Shown here: one piece after another, positions 15,222-24,211 of the stretch
How the letters are laid out: every line of letters begins with the position of its first letter
Numbering within the stretch: position 1 is the first letter of the stretch
NCBI GenBank assembly: GCA_048884785.1
Contig: JBHLQM010000054.1
Span: 1,617-25,829 of the forward strand
DNA: 24,213 nt
Direction: 5' to 3'
Origin: Candidatus Thorarchaeota archaeon
GTDB taxonomy: Archaea; Asgardarchaeota; Thorarchaeia; Thorarchaeales; Thorarchaeaceae
Notes under the pieces: model-generated
Told to the model about the DNA's origin: nothing
Databases searched by the model: none
Seen by the model: the letters and a program-made list of their open reading frames with translations, nothing else
Made by a program: the position numbers and the translations under genes

Positions 15222-15378
15222 CTTTAATCAACTAAATGATAAACACGCCCTCTGAATTAATCTAGCGGTCTGCCTTAGAATATGGGCGTTGCTGATTTTC
15301 TCCCTTTTCGATGGGCTTGTTCAAATTATATAGAGCTTATAAGAAAACTCTGAGATAGGTATTCTTGGTGCAATCTGG

Positions 15379-15885
15379 TTGTGGGAAGGACATAAGAGAG
15401 AGGCAGTCATCGCCTGTTTAGTTGGCATCACCCTGTTTGTATCCGATTTTGCCTTTGGATGGTTAACCCTACTGACCGGAGCAATTCCGATGATATTCAT
15501 TATTGCATTCATCATTGGATTGATTTCCGGCGGATTTGCAAGAGGTCTCCTTTGTACACTTGCCTCCTGGATTGCAGGATTAGTGATTGGTTTTGCCCTC
15601 GTGCCTATCGTCATGGCTGAAAGCATAACTCCTGATACGACTCTTCTTGGAATACTTGTTGTAACCATCTACTACCCACTTCGTGGCACGTATGATGTCT
15701 GGTTTGATGTTACAGGAATTGCGGCACTTGCTGTGTTTATCCTCAGCTTTGTCATTACACCCATAATATACCTCATTTCACTGGTCTTTGGAGGCGCAGG
15801 CGGCGCAATTGGAGGATTCATGAGAAGGCGAATGATGCAGACCAATCTAGCAGCAGAATCTAGTCAACTTGGTTCCGAGGGATGA
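15379..15885 (+). CDS. Integral membrane protein (4-5 TM, Gly-rich helices), function unknown
   Basis: Several hydrophobic segments with GxxxG-like motifs (IIGLISGG, FGGAGGAIGG) and a basic C-terminal RRR. Confidence 0.75.
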   Translation: MWEGHKREAVIACLVGITLFVSDFAFGWLTLLTGAIPMIFIIAFIIGLISGGFARGLLCTLASWIAGLVIGFALVPIVMAESITPDTTLLGILVVTIYYPLRGTYDVWFDVTGIAALAVFILSFVITPIIYLISLVFGGAGGAIGGFMRRRMMQTNLAAESSQLGSEG

Positions 15886-15902
15886 TCAAATCTGCTGATA
15901 TA

Positions 15903-16207
15903 TCATGAGCTGATTCGACGTCGTTTCCAATAAACCTCAACGAGAATCATGGTCAAAGAAATCGCAATTGCACCTGCGGCGGTGTATATTAGAATCTCCG
16001 CATCATACTGACCTGTTTGAGTTGATGGTGTTTTGGTTGTTGTATCATTGCTTGGTGGAATCTCAGGGAAAATCTTAACAGAATAGCTAGGGACAATTGT
16101 GTTCTTAGAGATCAGCAGTAGCCTAGTTCCATTGTAATGGAGTTGGATTGCATTCCCAGAATGATTAGAATAACGACAAGCCAACCCTGCCACTTTTTCA
16201 GCAACAC
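15903..16207 (-). pseudogene. Internally deleted surface-protein relic: signal peptide and C-terminal linker/TM anchor in different frames
   Basis: Minus-strand 16207-16112 reads (V/M)LLKKWQGWLVVILIILGMQSNSITMELGYC*, a signal-peptide-like segment. The overlapping frame ending at 15903 encodes PEIPPSNDTTTKTPSTQT, TM ILIYTAAGAIAISLTMILVEVYW and KRRR. Confidence 0.55.
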
Positions 16208-16343
16208 GAATACCCAATAGAATCTCTCTGATTTGTCTAATATCTTTTTATTTTTATAATTCAATGATTTTATCTACTGGGCGCAATAAAAAGAAGCTAA
16301 GCGGTTGAACGCATTTTTGATACAATAGCATCATGGTATGAAA

Positions 16344-16832
16344 TCAGGTGGATTTCATTTTCTTTAGTTTCAACCAGTGCATCAGACCCACAAGCAGATA
16401 CGCCGGAAGTGAAAAGTACATAGTTGCAAACAACACGCTTAGCACAGTTTGAATGAGTGAAAAGATTGTGAGTATTAATGGAGAAATCCAGATAATGTAT
16501 TTCATTCGAGGATTATGCGCTCCACCTTTGTCCATTTTGTCAAGCATGTAATTAGCTATAAGCGATGGAATTATGAAAATGATAGTGATGATTCCGAAAT
16601 CGATTGTTGCTTGAGAAATATTGAAACCAAGAACCATTATGTCATAGGAATATTCTGGCGTGCCGGGGTTTATTCCTATTCTGTAGAAGCCACCGACTAT
16701 GGATGAACCGATTCCGTCTAGAGTGAAATAGACTGCTGTCCAAAGAGGACATATTAGCACAAAAATCCACGATAGGACATTTGATATTTTCAAATCGCCT
16801 TCTCCTAACCTCCAATATTTCCTAGGCGGCAA
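16344..16832 (-). CDS. Integral membrane protein (~4 TM), function unknown
   Basis: Four hydrophobic segments and a basic C-terminus; AT-rich sequence. Confidence 0.7.
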   Translation of the reverse strand: MPPRKYWRLGEGDLKISNVLSWIFVLICPLWTAVYFTLDGIGSSIVGGFYRIGINPGTPEYSYDIMVLGFNISQATIDFGIITIIFIIPSLIANYMLDKMDKGGAHNPRMKYIIWISPLILTIFSLIQTVLSVLFATMYFSLPAYLLVGLMHWLKLKKMKST

Positions 16833-16978
16833 TGTTGATACCAGAATTAGATCTTCTACGTAGTGAATCGCCTAGTAAATATAATAGCTAATTGATATAC
16901 TAATTAATTTTGCTACTTATATTTGGATCAGGAAGGCAAGAACTCTAGAGGATCAGTTTTCTTTACGGAAGGAGAGAT

Positions 16979-17962
16979 TCATCTTCTTTCGGGAGGAGGC
17001 GGGATAGCAAAACCCTCTACAATTGTAGTTCCAGTTTCGCCGTTGAGTGTCCGCGTAATGTTCTCTGGATTTGTGATGATTGCCTTCTTGCCGCCGCGTT
17101 TGATGAATTCAACACATGCTTCTATCTTTGGCAGCATGCTTCCAGCAGCAAAATGGCCTTCTTCGATGTATCTCTGAGCCTTGATGTGGTCCATCTGCAG
17201 AATTGCTTCCTGATTTGGCTTTCCGAAGTTCAAATAGACCTGTTCGACAGCGGTAGAAATAAGCAAGACATCTGCGTTTAGGCCAGTAGCCAAAAGGCTT
17301 GATGCTCTATCCTTATCAATTACTGCGGCAACTCCCTCAAGTTCACCCTTGTCGTTAATGATGACAGGTATTCCACCACCCCCGACAGCGTAGACTATAA
17401 TTCCTAGTCTATTGAGGGTCTGTATCGACTCAAGCTCAATGATGCGTTTTGGAATTGGTGACGGGACAACTCTTCTCCAACCTCTTCCGGAGTCTTCTTT
17501 GATAGCCCACTTTTCTTCTTTTTCTCTGCGTTTTGCTTCACTCTCATCCATGAACGATCCTATGGGCTTGTTTGGATTCTTGAAAGCAGGGTCATTTTTG
17601 TCAACAAGCACTTGCGTAACAATACTGGCCACTTCCTTCTGGACATTCCTCTTGGAAAATTCATTGAACAGTGCTCTCTGAATCATATAGCCAATTGCGC
17701 CCTGTGTGTCTGCGCCGCAATAGTCTAATGGCACCTCATGGAGCTCATGTGCGGCAAGCTCGGAGCGTCTCAGGATGAAACCCACTTGAGGTCCGTTACC
17801 TGAGGTAATTACTACATCCCATCCCTGAACAATCATGTCTGCAATGTGTTTGCATGTTTCTGCGGTTGCGGCAAATTGATCCGGTACAGTCTTGTGATTC
17901 TTATCTTTAATTAGAGAATTTCCGCCAATTGCAATTACTGCCTTTTGGGTCATTATTATCAT
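16979..17962 (-). CDS. arcC: Carbamate kinase
   Basis: VIAIGGNSL, SGNGPQVG, GADTQGAIGY, PNKPIG, EDSGRGWRRVVPSP, GGGGIPV, AVIDKD, GSMLPKIEA. Start may be the second Met (MTQKAV). Confidence 0.96.
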   Translation of the reverse strand: MIIMTQKAVIAIGGNSLIKDKNHKTVPDQFAATAETCKHIADMIVQGWDVVITSGNGPQVGFILRRSELAAHELHEVPLDYCGADTQGAIGYMIQRALFNEFSKRNVQKEVASIVTQVLVDKNDPAFKNPNKPIGSFMDESEAKRREKEEKWAIKEDSGRGWRRVVPSPIPKRIIELESIQTLNRLGIIVYAVGGGGIPVIINDKGELEGVAAVIDKDRASSLLATGLNADVLLISTAVEQVYLNFGKPNQEAILQMDHIKAQRYIEEGHFAAGSMLPKIEACVEFIKRGGKKAIITNPENITRTLNGETGTTIVEGFAIPPPPERR

Positions 17963-18068
17963 CTCATAGCATTGAAGGCCTTCAAAGGGGGAATACTCCT
18001 AGATAAACGAAATGGTCAAGCCTATATGCCAGTTAACATGATGGAGTTTGTATTGGAGATCTATTCTC

Positions 18069-19022
18069 ATGGAAAATCTTAGGAATCGATACGAAGGTTG
18101 TATGTTGGGGCTTGCTATTGGTGATGCAGTTGGAGCGGCCACAGAATTCCTGACATTTGATGAAATTCGCATACGATTTCCCCCGAATGGAGTTGAAGGA
18201 TTCCACTCATTTCGAGGCCTTCGCGCTGGATCATATACTGATGATACTGAAATGTCGATTGCTGTTGCCCAAGGGCTCCTGAAAGCCAAGGATTTCTCTA
18301 CAAATGCAATCATGGAGAGTATGACTGTGGAGTTTATTTCTTGGATCAATTCAACTAGCAGTTCCCGTTCGCCTGGTACGACATGTATGCGAGGTGTGGG
18401 TGCGCTAAAATCAGGAGTACATTGGTCTGAATCTGGTGTATTGGACTCAAAGGGATGTGGTGCCGCTATGAGGTCTGCTCCTATAGGACTGGCATATAGA
18501 CATGCAATAGACGCAATCATGAGTCTCTCTGGAAAGGTCTCTTTAATGACACATGGACATCCTTCTGCCAGGGCTGGCTCTTTTGCTACTGCATTCCTTG
18601 TTGCAAAGTCAATAGACTCTCAAGATCCCATTTCTCTTTTAGATGAGCTTGTCATTCAAACCCGAAAAATCGATGAATCATTTGCTCAACATATGATGAA
18701 AATACCGGATGCACTACAGATGGGGGAGGCCAAGGCAGCACACGAACATCTTGGCAAAGGGTGGGTTTCAGAAGAGGCGGTTGCCGGCGCACTCTACGCC
18801 AATATCATGCACTCCTCATCTTTCAAGGACATCATCCTCGAGGCGGCAAATTCCGGCGGTGATACGGATACCAAAGCCTGCATAGCAGGAGCTATAGCTG
18901 GGGCAAGGCTTGGACGAGATGCAATTCCCTCAGGATGGATTGAAGGCATTGAAAACAGGTCTCTTCTCATTGAAATTGCGGACGGTCTTTATCGTCTGCA
19001 GCCTAAACTTGCTGAAATCTGA
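18069..19022 (+). CDS. ADP-ribosylglycohydrolase (DraG/ARH family)
   Basis: GLAIGDAVG, YTDDTEM, GCGAAMR, THGHP, GGDTDT metal-binding motifs. ATG 18069 (MENLRNRYEG) is preferred to TTG 18048. Confidence 0.93.
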   Translation: MENLRNRYEGCMLGLAIGDAVGAATEFLTFDEIRIRFPPNGVEGFHSFRGLRAGSYTDDTEMSIAVAQGLLKAKDFSTNAIMESMTVEFISWINSTSSSRSPGTTCMRGVGALKSGVHWSESGVLDSKGCGAAMRSAPIGLAYRHAIDAIMSLSGKVSLMTHGHPSARAGSFATAFLVAKSIDSQDPISLLDELVIQTRKIDESFAQHMMKIPDALQMGEAKAAHEHLGKGWVSEEAVAGALYANIMHSSSFKDIILEAANSGGDTDTKACIAGAIAGARLGRDAIPSGWIEGIENRSLLIEIADGLYRLQPKLAEI

Positions 19023-19029
19023 AGTCTCC

Positions 19030-20307
19030 CTAAGGAACTTCAGCATCTTTATTGATTTGTGAAAGGTGGGCCCGATAATCGTCGTTCAAATCTGTTTCAT
19101 CGTTTGCCTCAGAAGTGTATTGCTTGCTGTATTTTTCAAATTCATCGATGCTATTCTGAAATGATGTTTTATCGAATTCAGAATGGGCACTTCTGTAGAT
19201 GTCCATCTGTGTTTCATCAATGAACGCATACATACCTTCTATGTCCTTGGTCGATTTTATTGACATCATGCGATTGGTGACCTCTCTTCGCCACCAGTAG
19301 GAATCTGATGAATACTTCTCCGTTCCTTTATTCCAATCTTTGAAGATATGGGGGTTTCTGAAACTGAAAGGCCAATACAGGCTCAAGCAGGGATAGGAGC
19401 ATCCAGTAAACCAATGAATATCATTTGTGGTCAATTCTGAGATCTGACTCCCTGCTGATGAATCTCTATGTGCATGAGATGTGTGCTGGCAAATGGGTAA
19501 TAATTCGCTTTCCCACGATCGCCATCCATCAGCATGGTTTCTCAATATCTGGGCCATATCCTGAAATTCGAGCCCGCCGTCTTTTTCTCTCAACGCTTCA
19601 GATGTGTATGAAATTCGGGGGTGACACACTGTAATGTATCTCATCATCTCGTTGCCATAAGCCTCTGAAAACGAGAAGGATTCCTTATCATCGATCCACC
19701 CTTGTTCAATTGCATGTTCTACCAAATCCTTGGATGCCAGGTCCCATTTTTTGCCTATAGAGTAGCCATTTGAGATGGAACGAACCGACTCAACCCTCTC
19801 AGCCGCCCATCTTCTTGTGGAAGTTTCAAGCACCCATGCGTCTTTTCTGTCTGCAATGATGTAGCTGTTGTGATAGGTCAGAACACCCCCTAGTTCATAG
19901 ACTCCGCCCTGACCATGTTTCTCCAATAGTTCGATGATTATGTCCATTGCGGACCTAGCACTATTCCCTCTCTCCAATCCAAGACGCAGAAGATCCATTC
20001 CAAGAAGTCCAGTCTGCGGAACCTCCTCCTTTGAAAAAACGGCTTCATTTCCTATCACAACACCATGTTCATTCGCGCCCATTTCTGCACCCCACATCCA
20101 GTGGGGCCGAGATAGGAAAACTGCGTTGGTTCTCTTTGCTTGCGGGATTCTCAAATACGTACATTTGACTTCAGCATCGCTGTCATACTCCCTTGAAGGA
20201 TGATACTCAACAAGCTGAGATTCATTTGGAGATCTATCACTGTTTTTTCCAAAGAGCGTGTATCCGTCCTTGGTAGCTTTTCCTAAGGCAACAATTGTAT
20301 CACACAA
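19030..20307 (-). CDS. Peptidase C69 / secernin-like Ntn hydrolase (dipeptidase family)
   Basis: N-terminal MCDT nucleophile, FGKNSDR, SRPHWMWGAEMGANEHGVVIGNEAV, GLLGMDLLRLGLER, YHNSYIIAD. TTG start preceded by AGGAGTGGT. Confidence 0.93.
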   Translation of the reverse strand: MCDTIVALGKATKDGYTLFGKNSDRSPNESQLVEYHPSREYDSDAEVKCTYLRIPQAKRTNAVFLSRPHWMWGAEMGANEHGVVIGNEAVFSKEEVPQTGLLGMDLLRLGLERGNSARSAMDIIIELLEKHGQGGVYELGGVLTYHNSYIIADRKDAWVLETSTRRWAAERVESVRSISNGYSIGKKWDLASKDLVEHAIEQGWIDDKESFSFSEAYGNEMMRYITVCHPRISYTSEALREKDGGLEFQDMAQILRNHADGWRSWESELLPICQHTSHAHRDSSAGSQISELTTNDIHWFTGCSYPCLSLYWPFSFRNPHIFKDWNKGTEKYSSDSYWWRREVTNRMMSIKSTKDIEGMYAFIDETQMDIYRSAHSEFDKTSFQNSIDEFEKYSKQYTSEANDETDLNDDYRAHLSQINKDAEVP

Positions 20308-20373
20308 AGTGTACCACTCCTCTTCTCACTGGTAAATCCAAAACTTTACTCTTTGGGATGAATCTGAATGTTG

Positions 20374-21099
20374 CTAATCAGGTAGCTCTGATATCCATTC
20401 ATCAAGATATGTTGATTCCGTTTCATCGGCGCCACCAACAGTTCTGCCAGTCATTGAATCAACGAGACTTTTAGTTCTCAATAGAATGATTCTATTCTTC
20501 TTGACAAGTTCAGTAGCAAATTCGAGGGCTTTGTCTAGAATCTCTTCTCTCGAATACAATCTATCTGCAAGTCCGATTCTAAGGCATTCATCCGCCTGAA
20601 CCGTTCTTGCAGTCAGAAGAATGTCTTTGGCTCTAGCAGGTCCAACAATATGTATAAGATTGGAAGAAGCCCCTGCACCGGGAAAGACGCCCAAATCTAT
20701 CTCAGGAAAACGGAATCCGCTGTTTTCTGCAAAGAAGCGGAAATCGCATGCCACCGCAACCATTGCCCCAAAACCAATTGCATACCCGTTAATCGCTGCA
20801 ATCGTGATGCAGTTCCGTGCACTTCTTATTAGCCGGATAATCTTCTCAAGCTTCTTGAAGAACTCCTTCTTTTTCCTGTCACTCATATTAGTGATCATTT
20901 CAAGGTCAAACCCCACTGAGAAGGAGCGTTCTCCTTCTCCAGTAAAAACGATGGCAGCAATCGAAGGATCATTTGTATACTTTGAGACCTTGTCCGAAAA
21001 GTCATTCAGCATCTCTTCTGTTACAGAATTCAATTTGTCAGGTCTAGAGAATACGATGGTTACGATTGAGTCTTTTTGCTCGACCTTGATTTCACCCAT
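20374..21099 (-). CDS. Enoyl-CoA hydratase/isomerase (crotonase) family protein
   Basis: SRPDKLNS, FSVGFDL, IAAINGYAIGFG, ACDFR, FPEIDLGVFPGAG. The family-like sequence starts at MGEIKVE (ATG 21099); the longer ORF overlaps the upstream gene. Confidence 0.92.
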   Translation of the reverse strand: MGEIKVEQKDSIVTIVFSRPDKLNSVTEEMLNDFSDKVSKYTNDPSIAAIVFTGEGERSFSVGFDLEMITNMSDRKKKEFFKKLEKIIRLIRSARNCITIAAINGYAIGFGAMVAVACDFRFFAENSGFRFPEIDLGVFPGAGASSNLIHIVGPARAKDILLTARTVQADECLRIGLADRLYSREEILDKALEFATELVKKNRIILLRTKSLVDSMTGRTVGGADETESTYLDEWISELPD

Positions 21100-21181
21100 C
21101 TTCGCATACCTACTCCTAAACTGTGTAGCCTCATTTTGGGGATGGCAGGATATAGCCCTTTTGGGGATGCAGATTATGGTC

Positions 21182-21655
21182 TTATGCTCTCCCTTCGTAT
21201 AGTTGTGACAGCGGTTTTTCGCCTTTGTAGAGATACTTGCACTCCGGGTACAGTGCACATCCGTAGAATATACCTTTTCCTTCCTTCTTTTTCTTCTTGA
21301 GTAGAGGATGTCCTTGTGGATCTCTGTACTCAGTAACGATTGAAATGAGTCCATCAAGCTTTGCAGTTAGATTCTCTTTCCAGCTTTCAACTCGGAGTGT
21401 CTTGGAAGTTGTTTGAATAATCTTTGTATCGTTGTACATTAGGACAGTCTTTATTGCATCAGCTCCCTTTTCTCTTGAAACACCGGTGTGAATATTTATC
21501 GTAGAATAAATCCAGATTGATAGGCCATTAGGAAGGGGAATCTTATACACTGCCTCGAAAACGCCTTTTGGCTTAATTCGCTTTGGCTTGTATTTTGCTA
21601 GAACTCTCTCAAATTCATCTTGAGTTATATCCACATGTCTCTCAACCATCTGCAA
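21182..21655 (-). CDS. Basic hypothetical protein with C-terminal topoisomerase-type zinc ribbon (degenerate first knuckle)
   Basis: C-terminal DPQGHPLLKKKKKEGKGIFYGCALYPECKY matches the zf-C4_Topoisom pattern CPxCG...FxGCxxYPxC in its second half. Confidence 0.8.
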   Translation of the reverse strand: MQMVERHVDITQDEFERVLAKYKPKRIKPKGVFEAVYKIPLPNGLSIWIYSTINIHTGVSREKGADAIKTVLMYNDTKIIQTTSKTLRVESWKENLTAKLDGLISIVTEYRDPQGHPLLKKKKKEGKGIFYGCALYPECKYLYKGEKPLSQLYEGRA

Positions 21656-21713
21656 TCCCAGTTACTAACGGGCATAGGTTGAAGATAAGTTCTTTCAGCA
21701 GGTAAATGAAAAT

Positions 21714-22616
21714 TCACAGTTCCAAGAAATCAGTAATCAGCTTAGCAACAATAGCTGCTCCTTTTGTGTTCAAATGGACGTGATCGATGAGGAGATTGAA
21801 TCCCGACTCAGCTGATATTCTATCCCAGCTCTTTCCAAAAATATAGTGTCCAAAGGAGGCCTGAAACATGATTCTCAGTCTGGATTCAAACCGGGATGTT
21901 GGATGAGAAGGATTGTTCAGAATATATTCACTCATCACCTCATTTGCAGGAAGATATGCAATGTTATATGCCTCAGCAATGTGTTTGGAAACCTCAGCAA
22001 TATCCTGGCTTCGCTCGTAGGCCCGATGTGCTATCTCTTCGCCTAAGGGGGGGATTGAGATAATGGCTAGTTGGGCAGATGTTTCTTCCACCAGTTTCTT
22101 CACAATACTATCCAAATTCTCTGCATACCATTTAACAGTCGGATTCCGTGGCAATTTCTTTTGATACCTATGAATCCTTGCATCCTTCTTTGATAGCGAT
22201 CCCATTGCATCATTTGTTCCAATCATAAGAATAATGATGTCCGGCTTAAGGCTGACTGTGTCGTCAAGCCTATTCAGAACATTCCATGCAAGGTCTCCAT
22301 TGACTCCCGCATTGATTATGTTATACAACTCCATCCTTTGGTTTCTTGATATGATATCGATGTAGTTGGCACTGACCCTTCCATGAGTTATGCTATCGCC
22401 TAGAAAAACGAGTGTCTTCTTTTCTGATTGCTTGAGGACATGTTTCAGTCTTGCAGGATTATTTGGTGGTAGTCTATTCATTTGCCACAGGACATATACT
22501 GGGAATAAAGTGGACGCTGCAATCAGTACCATCAGAGCAATTGTAATCAAACTGAAACTCACCTTTGCATATCTGCTCCTGATTATTTTATGATTGGCTA
22601 TCTTTCGCTTCCTCAA
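21714..22616 (-). CDS. SGNH/GDSL hydrolase with N-terminal membrane anchor
   Basis: Block I FLGDSIT, block II NAGVNG, block III IGTND, block V DHVHLN; N-terminal hydrophobic helix. Exact start uncertain. Confidence 0.92.
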   Translation of the reverse strand: MRKRKIANHKIIRSRYAKVSFSLITIALMVLIAASTLFPVYVLWQMNRLPPNNPARLKHVLKQSEKKTLVFLGDSITHGRVSANYIDIISRNQRMELYNIINAGVNGDLAWNVLNRLDDTVSLKPDIIILMIGTNDAMGSLSKKDARIHRYQKKLPRNPTVKWYAENLDSIVKKLVEETSAQLAIISIPPLGEEIAHRAYERSQDIAEVSKHIAEAYNIAYLPANEVMSEYILNNPSHPTSRFESRLRIMFQASFGHYIFGKSWDRISAESGFNLLIDHVHLNTKGAAIVAKLITDFLEL

Positions 22617-23157
22617 GCTGCTTGAGTGCTAAGGAGTTCTGGGGATTAAGAACTAATGCTTTTTGAAAGGATTCTATCGCCTTCTCTGTATTTTTTTGTC
22701 TAAGATATACAAGCCCCAGTGAAATCCAGGGACTATCTTGCATTGGATTGAGTTCTAATGATTTTGATATGGCATAAATGGCTTCTTCTCTTCTCTTTAA
22801 TTTATCAAGAGCTATTCCGAGTCGATGCCAATAATTCGGGTTGTCCGGCTTCAACTCGATTGCCTTCCTGAAATATTTCTCAGCCCGCTCATATCTCTCA
22901 AGTAGTAACAACGATTCGGCAAGGTGACTCCATGCAGTTGGATTCTTGGGGTCTATTTTCACTGCCCGAATCAGATACTTCATTGCATCTTCGGCCGTTT
23001 CTTCGGAAGTATTAAGCAGAGCACCAATGGCAATCAATGCCTCAAGATTCTTTGGATCTCGTCTGAGTATTCGTTTTAGAATAACTCTAGCTCTTCGGGT
23101 ATCTCCTTTCACAGCTGCACTCATGGCTTCAAGTAGAGATTCATTTGCTTCAGGCAT
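22588..23157 (-). CDS. Tetratricopeptide repeat protein (~4-5 TPRs)
   Basis: 34-aa periodic motifs such as AWSHLAESLLLLERYERAEKYFRKAIELKPDN and WISLGLVYLRQKNTEKAIESFQKALVLNPQN. ATG 23157 is preferred to GTG 23169. Confidence 0.92.
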   Translation of the reverse strand: MPEANESLLEAMSAAVKGDTRRARVILKRILRRDPKNLEALIAIGALLNTSEETAEDAMKYLIRAVKIDPKNPTAWSHLAESLLLLERYERAEKYFRKAIELKPDNPNYWHRLGIALDKLKRREEAIYAISKSLELNPMQDSPWISLGLVYLRQKNTEKAIESFQKALVLNPQNSLALKQLEEAKDSQS

Positions 23158-23312
23158 ATTACTAAACACGCAACCCTATCTAGATGTTACAGGAACTGTA
23201 TTAGAGAATTTTCCTAAATCAGAAGTTAGGATTATTAGGGACATGCGTTCCGTTTCCACATTTGATTCAACTCCGAGGATAAAAAGGTCAGGTATTCGTA
23301 GGTGTGCTTCTA

Positions 23313-24095
23313 ATGACAGAGTGGATCATTGTCCTAATGTTATTCGTGGTAGTTTGTGTCATTGGCTTCTTGCTTTTTCCCAGAAGTAATGCCCCAAGAC
23401 AAGTGGGATTTGCGGAGGGAATTGATGATAGTGCTGTAGGAGCCGCATTCAGCAGGATTCAAGAGCTTCCTCAGTTCAGGATGTTGAGAAAGAGGGTAGT
23501 TAATCGCATCATTGAACCAGCTGTTGGCAAAGAGATTGGCGAAGGTTCATCACTACTAGATCTTGGTTGCGGTACAGGACATCTATTGATGGTACTGCAT
23601 AATACCATCGTTTCTGGTAGATTGAATCCACTTGAATTGCATGGACTGGACTTGGGCTCAGAATCAGTCAGGCTTTGTCGGGAGAATCTGGCGAATTCAG
23701 GTATTTACAATGTAGATGTACGAGAGGGTGATGGAGCCTACATGCCCTACGATGATGCTTCTTTCGATGTTGTTGTGTCATCATTTTCACTTCATCATTG
23801 GGCGGAACCTATTCTTGTGCTTGATGAAATATATCGAGTATTGCGTAAAGACGGTCTACTTGTTCTCTTTGATATGCGTCGTGATTGCAGGAGGTTCTGG
23901 CACAGATTGCTGGGTTTTGCCGCACGGGTTGTGGCTCCAAAAGCACTGAGAAATGTACGGGAGCCGCTTGGGTCATTGCTTGCATCCTATACAACTGTAG
24001 AGCTCATGGATCTCTTGTCAAAATCAAGCTGGCGAGAATCTGAGTCCAAAGTGGAATCATTCCTCTTTGCCCAAATGCTTAGTACCCGCAAATAG
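23313..24095 (+). CDS. Class I SAM-dependent methyltransferase (type 11/UbiE-like) with N-terminal TM helix
   Basis: LLDLGCGTG, GLDL, GDGAYMPYDDASFDVVVSSFSLHHW, EIYRVLRKDG; N-terminal WIIVLMLFVVVCVIGFLLF. Start is ATG 23313 or GTG 23304. Confidence 0.92.
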   Translation: MTEWIIVLMLFVVVCVIGFLLFPRSNAPRQVGFAEGIDDSAVGAAFSRIQELPQFRMLRKRVVNRIIEPAVGKEIGEGSSLLDLGCGTGHLLMVLHNTIVSGRLNPLELHGLDLGSESVRLCRENLANSGIYNVDVREGDGAYMPYDDASFDVVVSSFSLHHWAEPILVLDEIYRVLRKDGLLVLFDMRRDCRRFWHRLLGFAARVVAPKALRNVREPLGSLLASYTTVELMDLLSKSSWRESESKVESFLFAQMLSTRK

Positions 24096-24139
24096 GTCCA
24101 TGAAAGAAAACGTGGCAGCCTAAACCGCCACATATGGAA

Positions 24140-24211
24140 CTACTCTTTTGCAATTATGTCGAGATTTTGAACCTTGATTTCTGGTCCAATCAGTGTCTGC
24201 AGTTTCACAGG
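24140..24211 (-). CDS. Possible 3' end of a minus-strand gene entering from beyond the window
   Basis: Open minus frame PVKLQTLIGPEIKVQNLDIIAKE* ends at TAG 24142-24140, convergent with the methyltransferase; too short to confirm. Confidence 0.3.
   Translation of the reverse strand, partial: PVKLQTLIGPEIKVQNLDIIAKE

Noticed and set aside
16112-16114. TGA after the signal-like peptide read as selenocysteine
   Set aside because: Read-through gives ~40 unremarkable residues and then TAA; there is no redox motif or evident SECIS, and the anchor lies in another frame.
21100-21357. 86-aa N-terminal extension of the crotonase ORF
   Set aside because: It overlaps the zinc-ribbon gene in another frame; family similarity starts at MGEIKVE.
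23188-23231. Short inverted repeats TACAG-gaa-CTGTA and TCCTAA-n8-TTAGGA between the divergent TPR and methyltransferase genes
   Set aside because: Arms of 5-6 bp are expected by chance; they could be operator sites but cannot be supported without comparative data.
22946-23389. 147-aa plus-strand ORF spanning the TPR start and the methyltransferase start
   Set aside because: It is mostly antisense to the TPR gene and has no motifs.
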